64,000 nt of DNA, taken from NCBI RefSeq assembly GCF_006345805.1, contig NC_043002.1, forward strand, positions 116,684,001 to 116,748,000. Direction: 5' to 3'. Both the position numbers and the translations under genes were made by a program. Position 1 is the first letter of the stretch. Each line of letters opens with the position of its first letter. Positions 1-13,720 of the stretch are shown piece after piece. The notes under the pieces were generated by a model, which saw only the letters and a program-made list of their open reading frames with translations, searched no databases and was not told the DNA's origin. This stretch comes from Octopus sinensis (taxonomy: Eukaryota).

Positions 1-125
1 ATCGACCCCGAAAGGATGAAAAGCAAAGTCGACCTCGGTGGAATTTGAACTCAGAACGTAGCGGCAGACGAAATACTGCTAAGCATTTCGCCCAGCGTGC
101 TAACCTTTCTGCCGGTTCGCCGCCT
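1..125 (-). mobile_element. tRNA-headed SINE, family 1 (partial; window starts inside it)
   Basis: Reverse complement reads GGCGGCGAACCGGCAGAAAG (A-box-like) ... GAGTTCAAATTCC (B-box) GTCGACTTTGCTTTTCATCCTTTCGGGGTCGAT; the same unit recurs more than 10 times in the window. Confidence 0.85.
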
Positions 126-249
126 TTATAACAACAGCAACAATATTAATACGTGGCTACATACAAATCATTAAGCTGTCATACAGTTTCTAGAGCTACC
201 CCGTTGTCGTTCTCACTTGATGGTAACAAAATTGACGAGACAAATGATA

Positions 250-320
250 GAGATAAATAAGCAAGGCGGTGCCCCAGCATGGCCACAGCTTGAGTTGAAA
301 CTAGATAAATAAGCAAGGAG
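250..320 (+). mobile_element. 3' tail fragment of SINE family 2
   Basis: GGCGGTGCCCCAGCATGGCCACAGC..GAAAC matches the tail of the copies at 44703-45060 and 59640-59992. Confidence 0.5.
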
Positions 321-714
321 ACAGGTCAGCAATGTGATTCAACGAAACGAAGTAACTGGAATGTCTGAATGAGAAAATATCACTGGTACACACAAAACAT
401 TTGAAAAGATTTTCTAGAGTATCTACATGTAATACTTCTTTTGGTTATTGAATGATAGGGAGGATATTATACATAGAATACAGGACACCACTGCTGTTCA
501 CCTTAAAAGGGAAAAGTTTCTACTTGGTCATTCGACCTGTTAGATATAGTAATCAATACTACCACAGATCCTACCTTATTATTTTCAAAAATGAAGGACA
601 CACTGTATAGTGTAATCAATAAAATATATATGGGTTGATCAAAGCTAAAACATATATTACGGATCAAAGCTGGAACATATCTGCTTCTTCAGGACTAACG
701 TGGGGCTAAACAAC

Positions 715-1330
715 AGCTACAAACAATAACCTGCAGATCAGTATCATACAAAATATTTACATCAATATTCTTTATCAACATGTATGCGCACCAATAAAAA
801 AAAACATTACCAGGGAAGAAGAAATGCTGTGGGATGAGATATATAAATATAAATGACGACTTCTCATTGATAGAAGGAAAAAGATAAGACAGGCGTGGAA
901 TATTCATAGACAATAGTTTGATTGCATTCCTAATATTTGTACATTGAAAGCGCTTCAAATTAATGATGTACTTCCAAACTTGAAGAGATACGTTAATGCT
1001 ATAGAATATTTGACAGCAAAAGTAATGCAACAAAAGAAAAGACCTAAAATAAAATAACTACAAATGCATTCCTCATAAGAGAATTTCCATTGAGATCTAT
1101 TGCCCCTACATTTGTTTGTCTAACATTGACACCTGTAACAGATATATTGAAACGAACTTCAGGCAACTACATCTGCAATAAGAAAACCAATAAATCATTT
1201 CTCTTGTATAGATGGCTTGAAACTGAATGCAAAGAATGCCACCAACCTGGCTCCTTACTTCAAACAGGCTATGAATCAATTAAAGACTTCTGCATGTAAC
1301 CTGAAAAGTGTTGCAGAACTATGAGACTAA
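715..1330 (+). mobile_element. Degenerate R4/Dong-like non-LTR reverse transcriptase fragment
   Basis: Frameshifted translation gives TITCRSVSYKIFTSI, a xFDCIP remnant of KAFDSVPH, and LLY-DGLKLNAKNATNL (cf. HLLYMDDLKLYAKN). Confidence 0.6.
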
Positions 1331-1921
1331 AAATTAACAGAAACACTCTAAATAGATAAAAATCTATAAATCTGTATGAGAACAATAATAATATATTTAA
1401 ATTATTATGTGTAAATATAATGGGCAATATACAACATACATAACTTATATTAAATCAATATAATATGCGAATGAAATTATTTTATCATTTAGTTTTGCGG
1501 GAAGACAGAGCTATGAACTTTTGCAGTCTCTGAAACTGAAACTGGTGGAAAGGAAGGAATAAGATATTTTCATACCAGAGATCTATGCGAACGCTTGCAA
1601 CTGTGTGGACTTCGTTAAAGGTACTGAATATGCCAGGTAGTTGTATCAAACCAGGCGCGATGGATTAGCTCTACCTCTCCTGCTTGTTACCACGCCCTCA
1701 ATTTTGAAAACGTGACAGACATTTCCATATATCGCACCGTATTTGCAGGTAGCCTCATCTCTTTGGTCTCGTACAGAGCTTCCATAATTATCTCGTGAGG
1801 TATAGTGAACGACCTCTACTTTTCGCGTGGTAAACGTATGTCACTTGTATCCTTGACCATTCTTCGTTGAATTCTTCTAGCAACGAAGCACATTAATTTT
1901 TGATAATCTCTTTTCTGACTC

Positions 1922-2085
1922 ACTATTTTGCGACACATTCTTTTCTGATATTATTTTCTAACACTTTATTTTTGTCATGCATTATTTTGTAACACTCTCG
2001 TAGCGCTCTGTTTCGTGACACTGTTTTGTGACACAATTTCGCGACATACTCTTTCGTGATACATCATTATGTGACATTTTATTTC
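1922..2085. repeat. Degenerate minisatellite-like array of TTTGTGACAC-type motifs
   Basis: About 9 variants (TTTGCGACAC, TTTGTAACAC, TTCGTGACAC, TTTGTGACAC, TTCGCGACAT, TTCGTGATAC, TATGTGACAT) at irregular 14-30 bp spacing. Confidence 0.5.
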
Positions 2086-3616
2086 ACTCGAGACCAAACC
2101 GCTCTTGAACGGACAGGATTCTATTCTATCCAAGCCAAAGATTTCCCTTGACAGATAAGGCTTGCATATGTGTTTTCATTTTCATTAATAGTTTCTTGTG
2201 ACGAAGTGTCCGCGTTGCTTTCGTTTGCTTCGTTCTTCGCCTACTCACTCCAAACTTTGAAAGTAATATTAACATATATTTTGTTAAAATCATTATTTCC
2301 CCTCGTATGTATCTATTTGTTCAGCATCATTCACTTTTTCTTATTTTTCAGTGTTTTATTTTCTTAAATCATGTTAATACATTTTCACGGATTTCTGTTT
2401 AGATGGCGTTCAATGCCTCCACTATTAAAGTTACCACCTTCACACATGAAGAAATGCTGAAATACAAATAAATGAAAATCAAAATATACAAGTTAATATG
2501 CCCGAAGACAAACGTTATTTTACTACAACAAGGCAAAAGGTGCTCAGTGAAACTTCCAAAGTCTTCTACTCATAAATTTATCATAATATACAATCATACT
2601 AAACCCAGTTCTTCAAGTTGTCTTGCTCAACCTTGAAGTACAATTATAATAATTAGCATACCTGCCCCGTCTAAATTAGCAGGATTATATATATATATAT
2701 ATTATATATATATATATTATATATATATATATATCGATACAATAATTGTTTCTTGTCAGGAACAAAAAATGGTTTAATAGGACTGCAATAGAAGTGCTCT
2801 ATTGGAAGAGACAAAAATATCAAACTAAAGTCATTGAACAAGCAAATACAAAGTCAACCGCATGTCATTTCATAATTCGAACATTTAATTATAGAATAAA
2901 CATATAACCCGCAAGATGGAACAAAATTCATATGTACAGCACGTAATAATAATAATAATATATGGTATGGTGCGAGAAAAATTCTTATCATTAAAAATTT
3001 AGAATTAATATTTTAGCGATTCAAAGAGAATACATTTATAAAAGACGTAGAAAGTAAAATATAATATAAGTAATATATAAAAATATATAGGTATATAAAA
3101 ATATAGGCATGTAAAAATATATAAATATATATAAAACATATATAAATATATTTACATATAGGAGCATATAAAAAATATAATATATATATATATATATATC
3201 GTGTAAATAAGGTAAAATAATGTTCATCGTTTAGAAATCCTAATCAGGTAAAATAAGCCTTATATATAAGAAGGAAATGTTTACTTATCCCTATGGCCAT
3301 TTCAGGGGTGTATTATGTTTAAAGCACTAGGGTGCATTCAGATAATACCTCCTTCGTCAGGGGAAAAAATATATATAAACGCAAAGATAGCCATCACGCA
3401 CCAGGCCCGTACGGTATATTTTTATATACCTATATATTTTTATATATTACTTATATTATATTTTACTTTCTACGTCTTTTATAAATGTATTCTCTTTGAA
3501 TCGCTAAATGAATTTTGTTCCATCTTGCGGGTTATATGTTTATTCTATAATTAAATGTTCGAATTATGAAATGACATGCGGTTGACTTTGTATTTGCTTG
3601 TTCAATGACTTTAGTT

Positions 3617-3651
<35 letters not shown>

Positions 3652-4002
3652 GAAATGAGTGTTTAAGAAATGCATGGGCATCACATTCAGTCCATTTACT
3701 TGATATAGATTTCTGAAGCAAGGTTAATGAACGTATTGAAAATATTGTGGGGAATCGGAGTATTAAGAGTATTAAATAAGAAGAAACGTTTTGTATGAAT
3801 TCTTTTAAACTTTTATTGAGGCTAAAACTATAAAGAAAACTTAATTATAGATGTTTTTTTCAACTATTATCCTATTTAATCACTGGTTAGCCTGCTCTAT
3901 CAAAAATGACAATGATCTACACACGTTAAACGCTATTCATATTCATCACTCATGCCAAGGAATGACTGGAAAAATCCTCGGATTTTAATGCCTATATTTC
4001 AG

Positions 4003-4044
4003 TGAATGATATCGCTGACAAAACCCCTCGAAAAGTTTGTCCCA
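4003..4044 (+). other. Candidate isolated 42-nt symmetric exon (xNDIADKTPRKVCP)
   Basis: ctatatttcag|TGAATG...GTCCCA|gtatgt; open in phase 1-1; no partner exon or homology identified. Confidence 0.2.
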
Positions 4045-4313
4045 GTATGTCATTTAACTTGTTTGTAGCCTTTTTACTAAAACTACCCTTGAAATATAAC
4101 AAACAATTATGCAAACAATGAATGTAAATAATTTAGCGAGATAAAAGTTTTGTACACTCACACATATATATACATATATATATATATATATCAGTTTAAT
4201 ACACAACTGAAATAACTGTTAACAGATTCACGATTTTATGATACTTGAACTGGCAAGTATCATAAAATACGCCATGTATCTTAAAGCAATCTTTCAGACT
4301 CTGTTAATGCGTT

Positions 4314-4706
4314 ATCTCTCTCTTTATATAAAGCTGAAGTTGTCTGCGTATGGCAGGTTTGGTAGCCTTCAACTAACACTATCTCCTCCGAGGCCCTGCG
4401 GCACAAGTTGACCAAAATTGAGAGTATGATAGACAAAGGCTTGCTCTTCCTTCCGGAGAAGAAAAAATTCAAATCGGACCATGTTAACACAAAAATTATT
4501 TACATAAAAAGGTGCTATTTTTCTATGAAAATCCCTATCTTTTACGATTTTTTGATTGCTGTGTCGCCATTTTTCGGTGTATTTCAACCAGAAAAATGCT
4601 CTCTTAATGAGAATAACAAGCTACATAATGCAAAATTTTTACTTTTCAAAAATTCCAATTCTAAAGGTCGAAACAAACTCGGGCAACGCCGGGCGATACT
4701 GCTAGT
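4314..4706 (-). mobile_element. Non-autonomous Helitron/Helentron-type (DINE-1/HINE-like) element, copy 1
   Basis: 5' end ACTAGCAGTATCGCCCGGCGTTGCCCGAGTTTG and 3' end CAGACAACTTCAGCTTTATATAAAGAGA; highly similar inverted copy at 26136-26493. Confidence 0.6.
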
Positions 4707-5870
4707 ATATTTTAAAAAGAAGGAACCTGGACAACGAAGAATAAGAAAAAAAAACATGGAAAAAAATGTGAAGGACGTTTATTACCCACCCAGAAAAAAG
4801 TGGGATGGATGCCCTTGTTGCTACATCTGTTTTAGCAACGTTTCAGGTCAAAATGCTATCAAATTGTTTCCACTTCCAGATGTATAACAACTCAGTGTTT
4901 TGCTCTGTACCACCAATTTCTTGTCCTTTGACTCTGTACTCTCAACTGGGAACTCACCGGCTTGGCTTTTTGGTTTTCGGGGTGACTAAGACTTGAAATT
5001 CCATCATGAACTCGCAGTAGTGATGCGAAGGTTATAACCAATTACGGATCAACATAATTACAGATGCATTGACCAGCAACTTAGCATTTTTCTACCTCTT
5101 GTATTGGGGCACAAGTTGAGAGCCGACATGCGATTCCCCAAGTCTTAATACACTTAAACGGTATAGTTCCTCCAATTGGTATGTTATGCAAAACTTCCTC
5201 TAATAGCTATTTCAAAGATAACTGGAAGATTTTGCCTTTTTAAATGAGCCAGAAAAATAAGTGATGAGTTCCCTAGATCTGTTTTGTATTTTTCAAACAG
5301 AGCTTTCGTTTCATGTACCATGTTATTTCCGAATGTTTCTTACCTTAAGAAAGTTTCTCTGTTGAAAGTTTTCATATGGCTTGTCACAACAGACAAAACT
5401 GACCCTATTTGTAATATTCTTAGTGCTTTAGTTTAACGCCGTCAGCAAGTCTCTACGTGAATGTCGCAGTAATAAAAGAGACACTAGCATTGTTTATACA
5501 AGTGGTAAGCTTAATGAAAATGTCATTAATATTTTTCCTTTTGCAACGTGTATTTTTGAGAATAATATTTTCTTGTTCTTCAATGTGTATGTTGTGCATG
5601 CGACTGTTTTGGTTTTGCATTATCTCTTCCGATGAACGTGACTCGGAGTTTTTGTAGTAATTTCTTTTGTATTCAGACTGCATGAAAGCAATAAAATTTG
5701 TCAAAGAAAAAAACAACATTTTTCTGTTAATCTTGTTTAACTATGCTCTAAACTTTCCGAAGTTTTCTATATGTGAATAAGTTTAGTAATATGTTAATTC
5801 CTCGTAATAATCATCTTTTCTTCGAAGAAAAGCGTAAAAATAATATATGAGTTTGTAGTGAAAGACAACT

Positions 5871-5875
5871 ACAGC

Positions 5876-5959
<84 letters not shown>

Positions 5960-5981
5960 GATGATGATGATGATGATGATT
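5871..5981. repeat. Compound microsatellite (CAA)n-(TAA)n-(TGA)n
   Basis: Directly visible. Confidence 0.95.
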
Positions 5982-6114
5982 TCATTTATTTGCCACAAGG
6001 GTGAAATATGAGGGGGACAATACAAAGGCAGATATAAAGTGTGGGAGTTTACATATGAAACGATAAATAAATGAAAATAAGAAAGTATACATGGTACACA
6101 CTAAAAAAGAAATA

Positions 6115-6305
6115 ATAGCTCAAAATTTTGGTACAAAGACAGTAATTTCGGGGGGAAGGGGTAAGTCGATTACATCGACTCCAGTACCCAGCTGGTACTT
6201 ATTTTATAGAAAGAGATCAAAGGAATAAAAGTCAACCTTGGTGGAATTTGAACTCAGAAATAAAAAAACGGACGAAATGCCACTAAACATTTTACCTGTC
6301 ACCTT
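6115..6305 (-). mobile_element. SINE family 1 monomer, tail type A
   Basis: B-box, central GTTGACTTTTATTCCTT..AAGTACCAG and tail CCCTTCCCCCCGAAATTACTGTCTTTGTACCAAAATTTTG. Confidence 0.75.
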
Positions 6306-6346
<41 letters not shown>

Positions 6347-6351
<5 letters not shown>

Positions 6352-7091
6352 TCTAATATAGGCACAAGGCCTGAAATGTTGGGGAAGGGGACAGTCAATT
6401 ACATCGATCCCAGTGCGTAATTGGCACTTAATTTATCGACCCCGAAAGAATGAAAGGCAAAGTCGACCTCGACGGAATTTGAACTCAGAACACAGCGACT
6501 GGCGAAATACCTATTTCTTTACTACACACAAGGGGCTAAGCACAGAGGGAACAAACAAGGACAGACAAACGGATAAAGTCGATTACATCGACCCCAGTGC
6601 GTAACTGGTACTTAATTTATCGACCCCGAAAGGATGGAAGGAAAAGTCAACCTCGGCGGAATCTGAACTCAGAACGTAACGGCAGACGAAATACCTATTT
6701 CTTTACTACCCACAAGGGGCTAAACACAGAGATGACAAACAAGGACAGACAAACGGATAAAGTCGATTATATCGACACCAGTGCGTAACTGGTACTTATT
6801 CAATCGACCCCGAAAGGATGAAAGGGAAAGTCAATCTCGGTGGAATTTGAACTCAGATTGTAAAGACAGACGAAATACCTATTTCTTTACTACCCACAAA
6901 GGGCTAAACACAGAGGGGACAAACAAGGACAGACAAACGGATTAAGTCAATTACATCGACCCCAGTGCGTAACTGGTACTTAATTTATCGACTCCAAAAG
7001 GACGAAAGGCAAAGTCGACCTCGGCGGAATTGAACTCAGAACGTAACGGCATTTCGCCCGGCGTGCTAACGTTTCTTGCCAGCTCGCCGCC
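6347..7091 (-). mobile_element. SINE family 1 tetramer: one head, three tail-B units (184-bp period) and a terminal tail-A unit, flanked by (TAA)n on both sides
   Basis: The junction GAAATACCTATTTC recurs with its CTATTTC part at 6511, 6695 and 6879 (exactly 184 bp apart); the only head is at 7050-7091. Confidence 0.9.
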
Positions 7092-7195
<104 letters not shown>

Positions 7196-9249
7196 TCAAT
7201 ATTTTAAGCAGTTTCTGGTTCAGTATACCCAATAAAAATTGTAGTGTGAAAGTATTTAATTATACCATCTATTATACCATGATCCTCTCAGAAAAAAAAA
7301 AGTCTTCAAAAGCAGAAAAATTTGCAAGCATTTATTTGCATTTTTCAAACAGGAAAAGGAAGTTATTATACTCGTCCCTGTAGTTACAGCGTCAGAAATT
7401 TAAATGAAATCCAAATCTGAACCAAACTTGAACGATTGATTCAGTCTATCAAGAGGGTTTCTCTGCTCTGTTTCCATAAAAAATATGAATTGTTAAGAGA
7501 GAACATTTCGTTTTAAATGAATATGGCCTAAAACCTACATCTGTTCCTGACAAAATAAATACGAAGATAAATATGTACTGTCTGTGTGTAAGTAGTTATC
7601 AAAATAGATAAGAAGCAACTATAATATTACAATAGAACAATAATTTAAGTTTTGTAATTCAGTTTCTCTTACGATAAAAAGTGCTTGAAAGTAATCTACA
7701 AAATTCAAATGATAAAAAAATAAATACTTCAAGTTCCAACTATAACAGTCAATGACTAAAACTTGTTAATTTATTTAGATATGAAAACCTCCTTACGAGT
7801 TATGAAAACGTGTTATCATTTACTTAATTTCAAAATTAATATATTGTACATAATATCAACAGAAACTATATTATGAATAGTGTAAAATATAACGTGTATT
7901 ATGAATACACTCCATATAAACAATAAAAAATTTGAAGTGTCCACGCTTTACATATTGTTATGATAGCATTTAGAAAATAAGGGTAGAAAGAGGAGATGGA
8001 GATAAGAGTGGAGAAAGAATGGAATAGACATAAATTAGAGTTACTGTGAAAAAGTCGAGAAATAGTGAGCAAAAATATGAAATGTCTGGTGACTAGTACA
8101 AATTTCTAGTAGCAGAATGAGCAGTAGGAAAAGTGTGATTAGGAGGGCGAGTTGTTGTTAGGAAGCTATTTTAGTTGCGTTGAGCTGATCCTTCCATGGA
8201 TGCATGGTACCATTAAAAGATCATAAGACATTTTGAATCTTCGCATTTGAAAAGCAGTGGAGTGTTTTATTATTCTATAGAATTCTTTTAATTCCCTTAT
8301 TTAGATAATGAGTTAAACTCTTACTTTGATTTTCAAAATTAATGTCTGCTACAACTTGACTCGTTTGTTTTGTGCCAACGCAAATTATAATACAGTTCTT
8401 TTCTGCTGAATGCCATTATGGTAATCAAAGACAATCAATGGAATTGGTGTCATTTGAAAATTATAGTTTATTTATTGATTAATTTTCGTATGAAACAACG
8501 AAGAGTATTATAGAAAGCTAATTCACTGAAGCCACTGAGTAAATTAATGGCGATCCCACTGGGAGAATATGTGAATTCACTTCTACTAGAATGTGAAATT
8601 TAGGCAGTGATACATCAAAATGAAATTACACAGAAGCTTTGCTGTCTTGATTTTTTTTTCTACTGTAACCTAATTAATAGCATTGTTTCTAATTTGCTCT
8701 GAATAAAAATACGAAGCATAATTCAATGAAATAACATTACATAATATGTGCAATATTTTGGATAGTTTATGTAATAAATTCATCACTGAAATTTTAAGAG
8801 GTTTTAGAATTTTGAGATATCAACTGTATGTCAGACCTAGATATTAAATCTGGCTGCGATGTTTTAATTGTAATTCTAATGGTCTTAACTTCGATATATT
8901 CCATACGTTTCCTGACCAGAGTTATCATGCTCGTATATCTACGTACATATGCATGATGAAGTGATTCTCATGTATACAAGCTTCTTTTTATTCTCACCGC
9001 GCATATAGTTTACAAGTTGGGGTGCCAGCTCCTCCTGAGATAGGTACTGACGCTACATCTAATTCTGGCAATCGGCATGAAGCTGCCACTAATTGCCTCC
9101 ACTCTTGGCGAGCACAACTCATCCCCCATCATCAGTTATGATATATCGCCACATGAAAGTACCACACTAGATCCCACTTTGTTCGGGGATGACCAAAAAC
9201 CTTTGACCGCCCCGTAAATGGGTGCATGCCCGAAAACCTGTCACAAAGG

Positions 9250-9420
9250 AGTGACAGGGGGAGAGAGGAGAAATGGAAAGACAAGAAAGGATGTCAACAA
9301 GAAATTATGACATAACAACCATCCAGGCAAAGTCTTTGCTACATTTGCGGCACCTGCTAGAGGGAGTGTTTGTCCAGGATAGGACTACACAGCCGCAACA
9401 GGAGATGTATTAGGACATGA
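9250..9420 (+). mobile_element. RTE LINE 3' fragment (C-terminal zinc finger)
   Basis: C*RECLSRIGLHSRNRRC matches the RTE terminal CxxCGRxCxSRIGLxSHxRxC motif. Confidence 0.6.
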
Positions 9421-9496
9421 AATGTAAAAACGGCACTAGATTATTTTATGCGCAAACAAAAACGATGCGAAACAAAAAAGATGCCAACAACAACTT

Positions 9497-9499
9497 ATT

Positions 9500-9565
<66 letters not shown>
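9497..9565. repeat. (TA)n microsatellite
   Basis: Directly visible. Confidence 0.95.
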
Positions 9566-9567
<2 letters not shown>

Positions 9568-9758
9568 AGTCTGGATATATTCCTTCAATGAATACCAGAT
9601 AAGCCACCCATAATTGAATACAACTCACCCAACAAAAACTCACTACTTGAATGGACCATAAACAAAACTTGACTTAAACAGGATTTAGATAATCCTCTCA
9701 GGTGGTGCTATTAAGTTAGACATGGCCCCTGGACCAATCTTTGGTCGAAACATATCTA

Positions 9759-10402
<644 letters not shown>

Positions 10403-12869
10403 ACGGAAGTTTTCGAACGACATTCGCATCTATAGCCTCTTTGCAATCCTATTGGCAAACATAATTACTGGAGCGTATATACTTTGATGACATATGAAAA
10501 TAAAACAGTTTATAGTTTACTGGAGATGGACAGCAAAATAAGAAGACATCAGAAGAGAGAAATGAGAGATAAAACTCTGGTTACCGTCATAACTACCACC
10601 ACCATCAACAATTATATTCACTCCATTTTGTAATAGAAATTGTGAGTCTACCAGAGGACGGTTCATCCATCAAAGGCAATGGGCGTCCTTATTAAATGTC
10701 AATGGTTAAGATATTTATATATATTTATATATCAGGACAGAGAGGGAGGCTAAGGAGAGAAGGAGCAATATAAGGAGAGAGAGAGAGTGATAGAAAATGT
10801 AAGTGTAAGACGTAAATAATACATCCAAGAGTACACCGAACTCCATATGTGTACATATTGAAATAAAATATATCGCTATTAACAAAGTCGAATTCTTGTT
10901 AGTATATTTTCCAACTGCTAAAGGTATTTCTATAATCTATTCTTTCAATATATTGAGAAAAATATTCACCCCTTCCATTAAAAGAAATAGTATTAACTAA
11001 TATTAACTAATCAAAACACTCTTACGAAAAATAAGGAAGATTGCAAGGGATATGTGAACGCATAATGAAGATATTGTATGTAAAGTATAAAGACAAATTT
11101 ACTATGAAGGTGCCCAAATCAGGTGTGCAATAATTACAATTTCAAGGAACAAAACGGAAAATGAACATTAAATTAGAACATAGCAGTGAAGTGAAAATCC
11201 AGTTTAGACACCTCTTGCTTTCTAGTGACGTGCATCAAAGGAATTTCACGAGAAAGGAAGGACAACCACGAAGAATCTTCCTCACTAAACAAACTGGACA
11301 GGTACGACAAAATACTTTCTTATTTTCTACTGCAGTGGTGTCTGATGTGTGGAAAGTATCTCAGATACTATATGTTAGGGATTAACTTCGTTGATACCAC
11401 CTAAATTGGCATCAGAAAAATCACTGAAGACAGTATTATTGTTTCTGGAAAACCTCCGGCTCTCAGAACAGCACAAGAAAACAGTCATCTTCTGAAATTT
11501 TTGTCATTACTACATTACTACTTAACGGCATCTAAAAGATAAAAATTGGAAGATTCCATATGTAGATTCCATATGTTGGATTGACATACTAGGATGCTGA
11601 GATGACACCATTTGGACAGAGCCCACAGGCCGAAGTGAAGGAGGGGCCGCCACATTCCACAATTATTCCCTTGTCATGGAATGTAGGTGATGCATTTTTC
11701 GACGGTTCGTGTGAATTCGTGTATTTGCACAACAAAGTGATGACAACTATATAATTTACCTCTAGCGTACTTCTACGAGTTTCTCTACACAACTGAGTCT
11801 TTTTATCGGTAAAAAAACAAACATCAGTTCTGAAAACATATCAACAGTAGTCGACTTCAGCCATCATTGTCGAATGGTCCACAAAATACTTTGAAACAAA
11901 ATTGTTAGTTTACTGCAATAATTTTTGCAGATAAATTAAGACTGATGTTGCTTTCTAACTTTACAGACAATTTTATTCACTCTTTCAAGGTACTGAGATA
12001 CAATTTAAGTGCTTTCGACCTAATATTAACTCTCGCCTATTTATAAATATTTCGAAACCAAACCAACTGTACTCGTACTTCCTTTCACATCAAAGTTATG
12101 TCAGGAGTTTCAGGATATAACTATCAATGTATGTTCAAAATAAACTCCAGTCAGACGAGAAAAAAAATCAGCTTAAATGATTTCCCCATATTAATGACGA
12201 CCTGGGTTAAAGTTGATTGAAACAAGTAGTTTGTGTTCTATGCATCTGTCAAGTTATTCGTTTCAATGAAGTTGTGTATCTAATAGTGTACTATCTGCAG
12301 AAGGTTTTGATTAAAAGTGAAAATCGAGTAGTGACAACCTACTCTCAGTATCAGAGACATTTGTGCATTGTGCACGACTGCAATCTAAAAAAAAGCACAT
12401 GATTGTCTCACATTGCAGAGCCAAACAGTTGTGTTCTTCAGTGCATTAGATTTACATTACACCGATTATCTAACTAGTCTTTACGTTTAACATGAACTGA
12501 ATGATATCTCACTCATTGGACGTTATTAGAGTGTATATTTGTCTATCTTTTGTGGAATTTTATGGATTTACTAGTTTTGTGACTGCTTTGTTATTGAGGG
12601 TAACAAAGATATATCATATTACAAAATACAAGACTTATTGATTAGTTATTGAAAATATATAAAAATATCATGATTGGCCGATTATTCTCTAGGAGGGAGA
12701 AATCTGAACTGCCTTGTAGCTTCGTTTTACTGACTGGTGATTTTATTGACAATATTTAGCAGACAAGTGATAAAGTGATCATATATATTAAAAAGCTAAT
12801 TTCCAGCTGCATTACAAATTAATTCGCAACTAACCTATTGGGTATATATGAATGACAACGTATTATAAT

Positions 12870-13720
12870 GAAGAAAAAGTAACATTAGGCGGATATAAAG
12901 ACAATATTCGCCATATTGGCTCAAGATGGCCAGATTTTGATTTGAGGTTTAGAATGTCTGTACCTGAGGAGACTTACGTAGAGCTGAAGAGAAAGCCTTG
13001 CAATTTTAATAATGTTTTGGCAATGTGTTGTATGAGAAATTGCTATTAGAGGCCATCAGATATTTTTGAGATGCAGTATTGATAGACTCTGAGAGATTTA
13101 GTTATACGTTGTTTATCTCTAGCCATGGCGAGTCGCCATACCGTTTTCCCAACATGTATAGATTTGCACTTTGGCGCTGTTGATTTCCTATTAGATGTTT
13201 CCGACGTCTCTGTTCGTAAACAGGACAGAAGTCTACCATGCAGTATTTAGCTTTTATACCAATGATATCTGTGTGAGAATGGTGAGAAGGAATAATGTGT
13301 TTTGTTAGAGGCGACTCGAAAAGGTAAAAAAAAATTACATAATAGGTTTCATGTTCTCAAATAAACCTGAGATATTCCAGAATTGCTAGATTGCAGTTTG
13401 CAGGAGAAATTTCCTTTTCAAACTTCAATAGAGTGGCAGTAAAGCTCTGTGTGAAGCTCAGTGACCAGTATTTTAGGTCTACGATTACAGTTTGAGAAAC
13501 AGTCGAAAGCTTCCTGGATGTCAAAGTAGGAGCAGAACTTTTGTTGTGTGTAGGGTCATTGATATGTTCCCACTGGGAAAGATATAATGAAGGGTTTATT
13601 GGAGAAAGTAGTTAGCTCTGAAACACACACTTTAATAGAAATAAAAGAGGTGCGGTTGTGGTGATGGCTGCGATGCAGGCGTAAAGTGAAGAATCTTATA
13701 ACGCAATTGTAGAATTATAG
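12870..13720 (-). mobile_element. Highly degenerate CR1-like LINE RT fragment
   Basis: Minus-strand remnants FDIQEAFDC (D..AFD motif) and KCKSIHVGK (cf. CR1 KCKVMHIG). Confidence 0.5.

Noticed and set aside
1580-1880. Possible LINE ORF1 remnant on the minus strand
   Set aside because: Short open stretches with no diagnostic motif.
4408-4887. 159-aa ORF
   Set aside because: Runs antisense through a non-autonomous Helentron-like repeat whose second copy at 26.1-26.5 kb does not preserve the frame.
6347-7091. Regularly spaced repeats as a CRISPR array or tRNA gene cluster
   Set aside because: Whole 184-bp units are repeated with no unique spacers; only one A/B-box head is present, without a complete cloverleaf; eukaryotic SINE context.
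11589-11829. GC-richer segment with open frames on both strands and splice-like sites
   Set aside because: Several mutually incompatible exon readings, none resembling a known protein.
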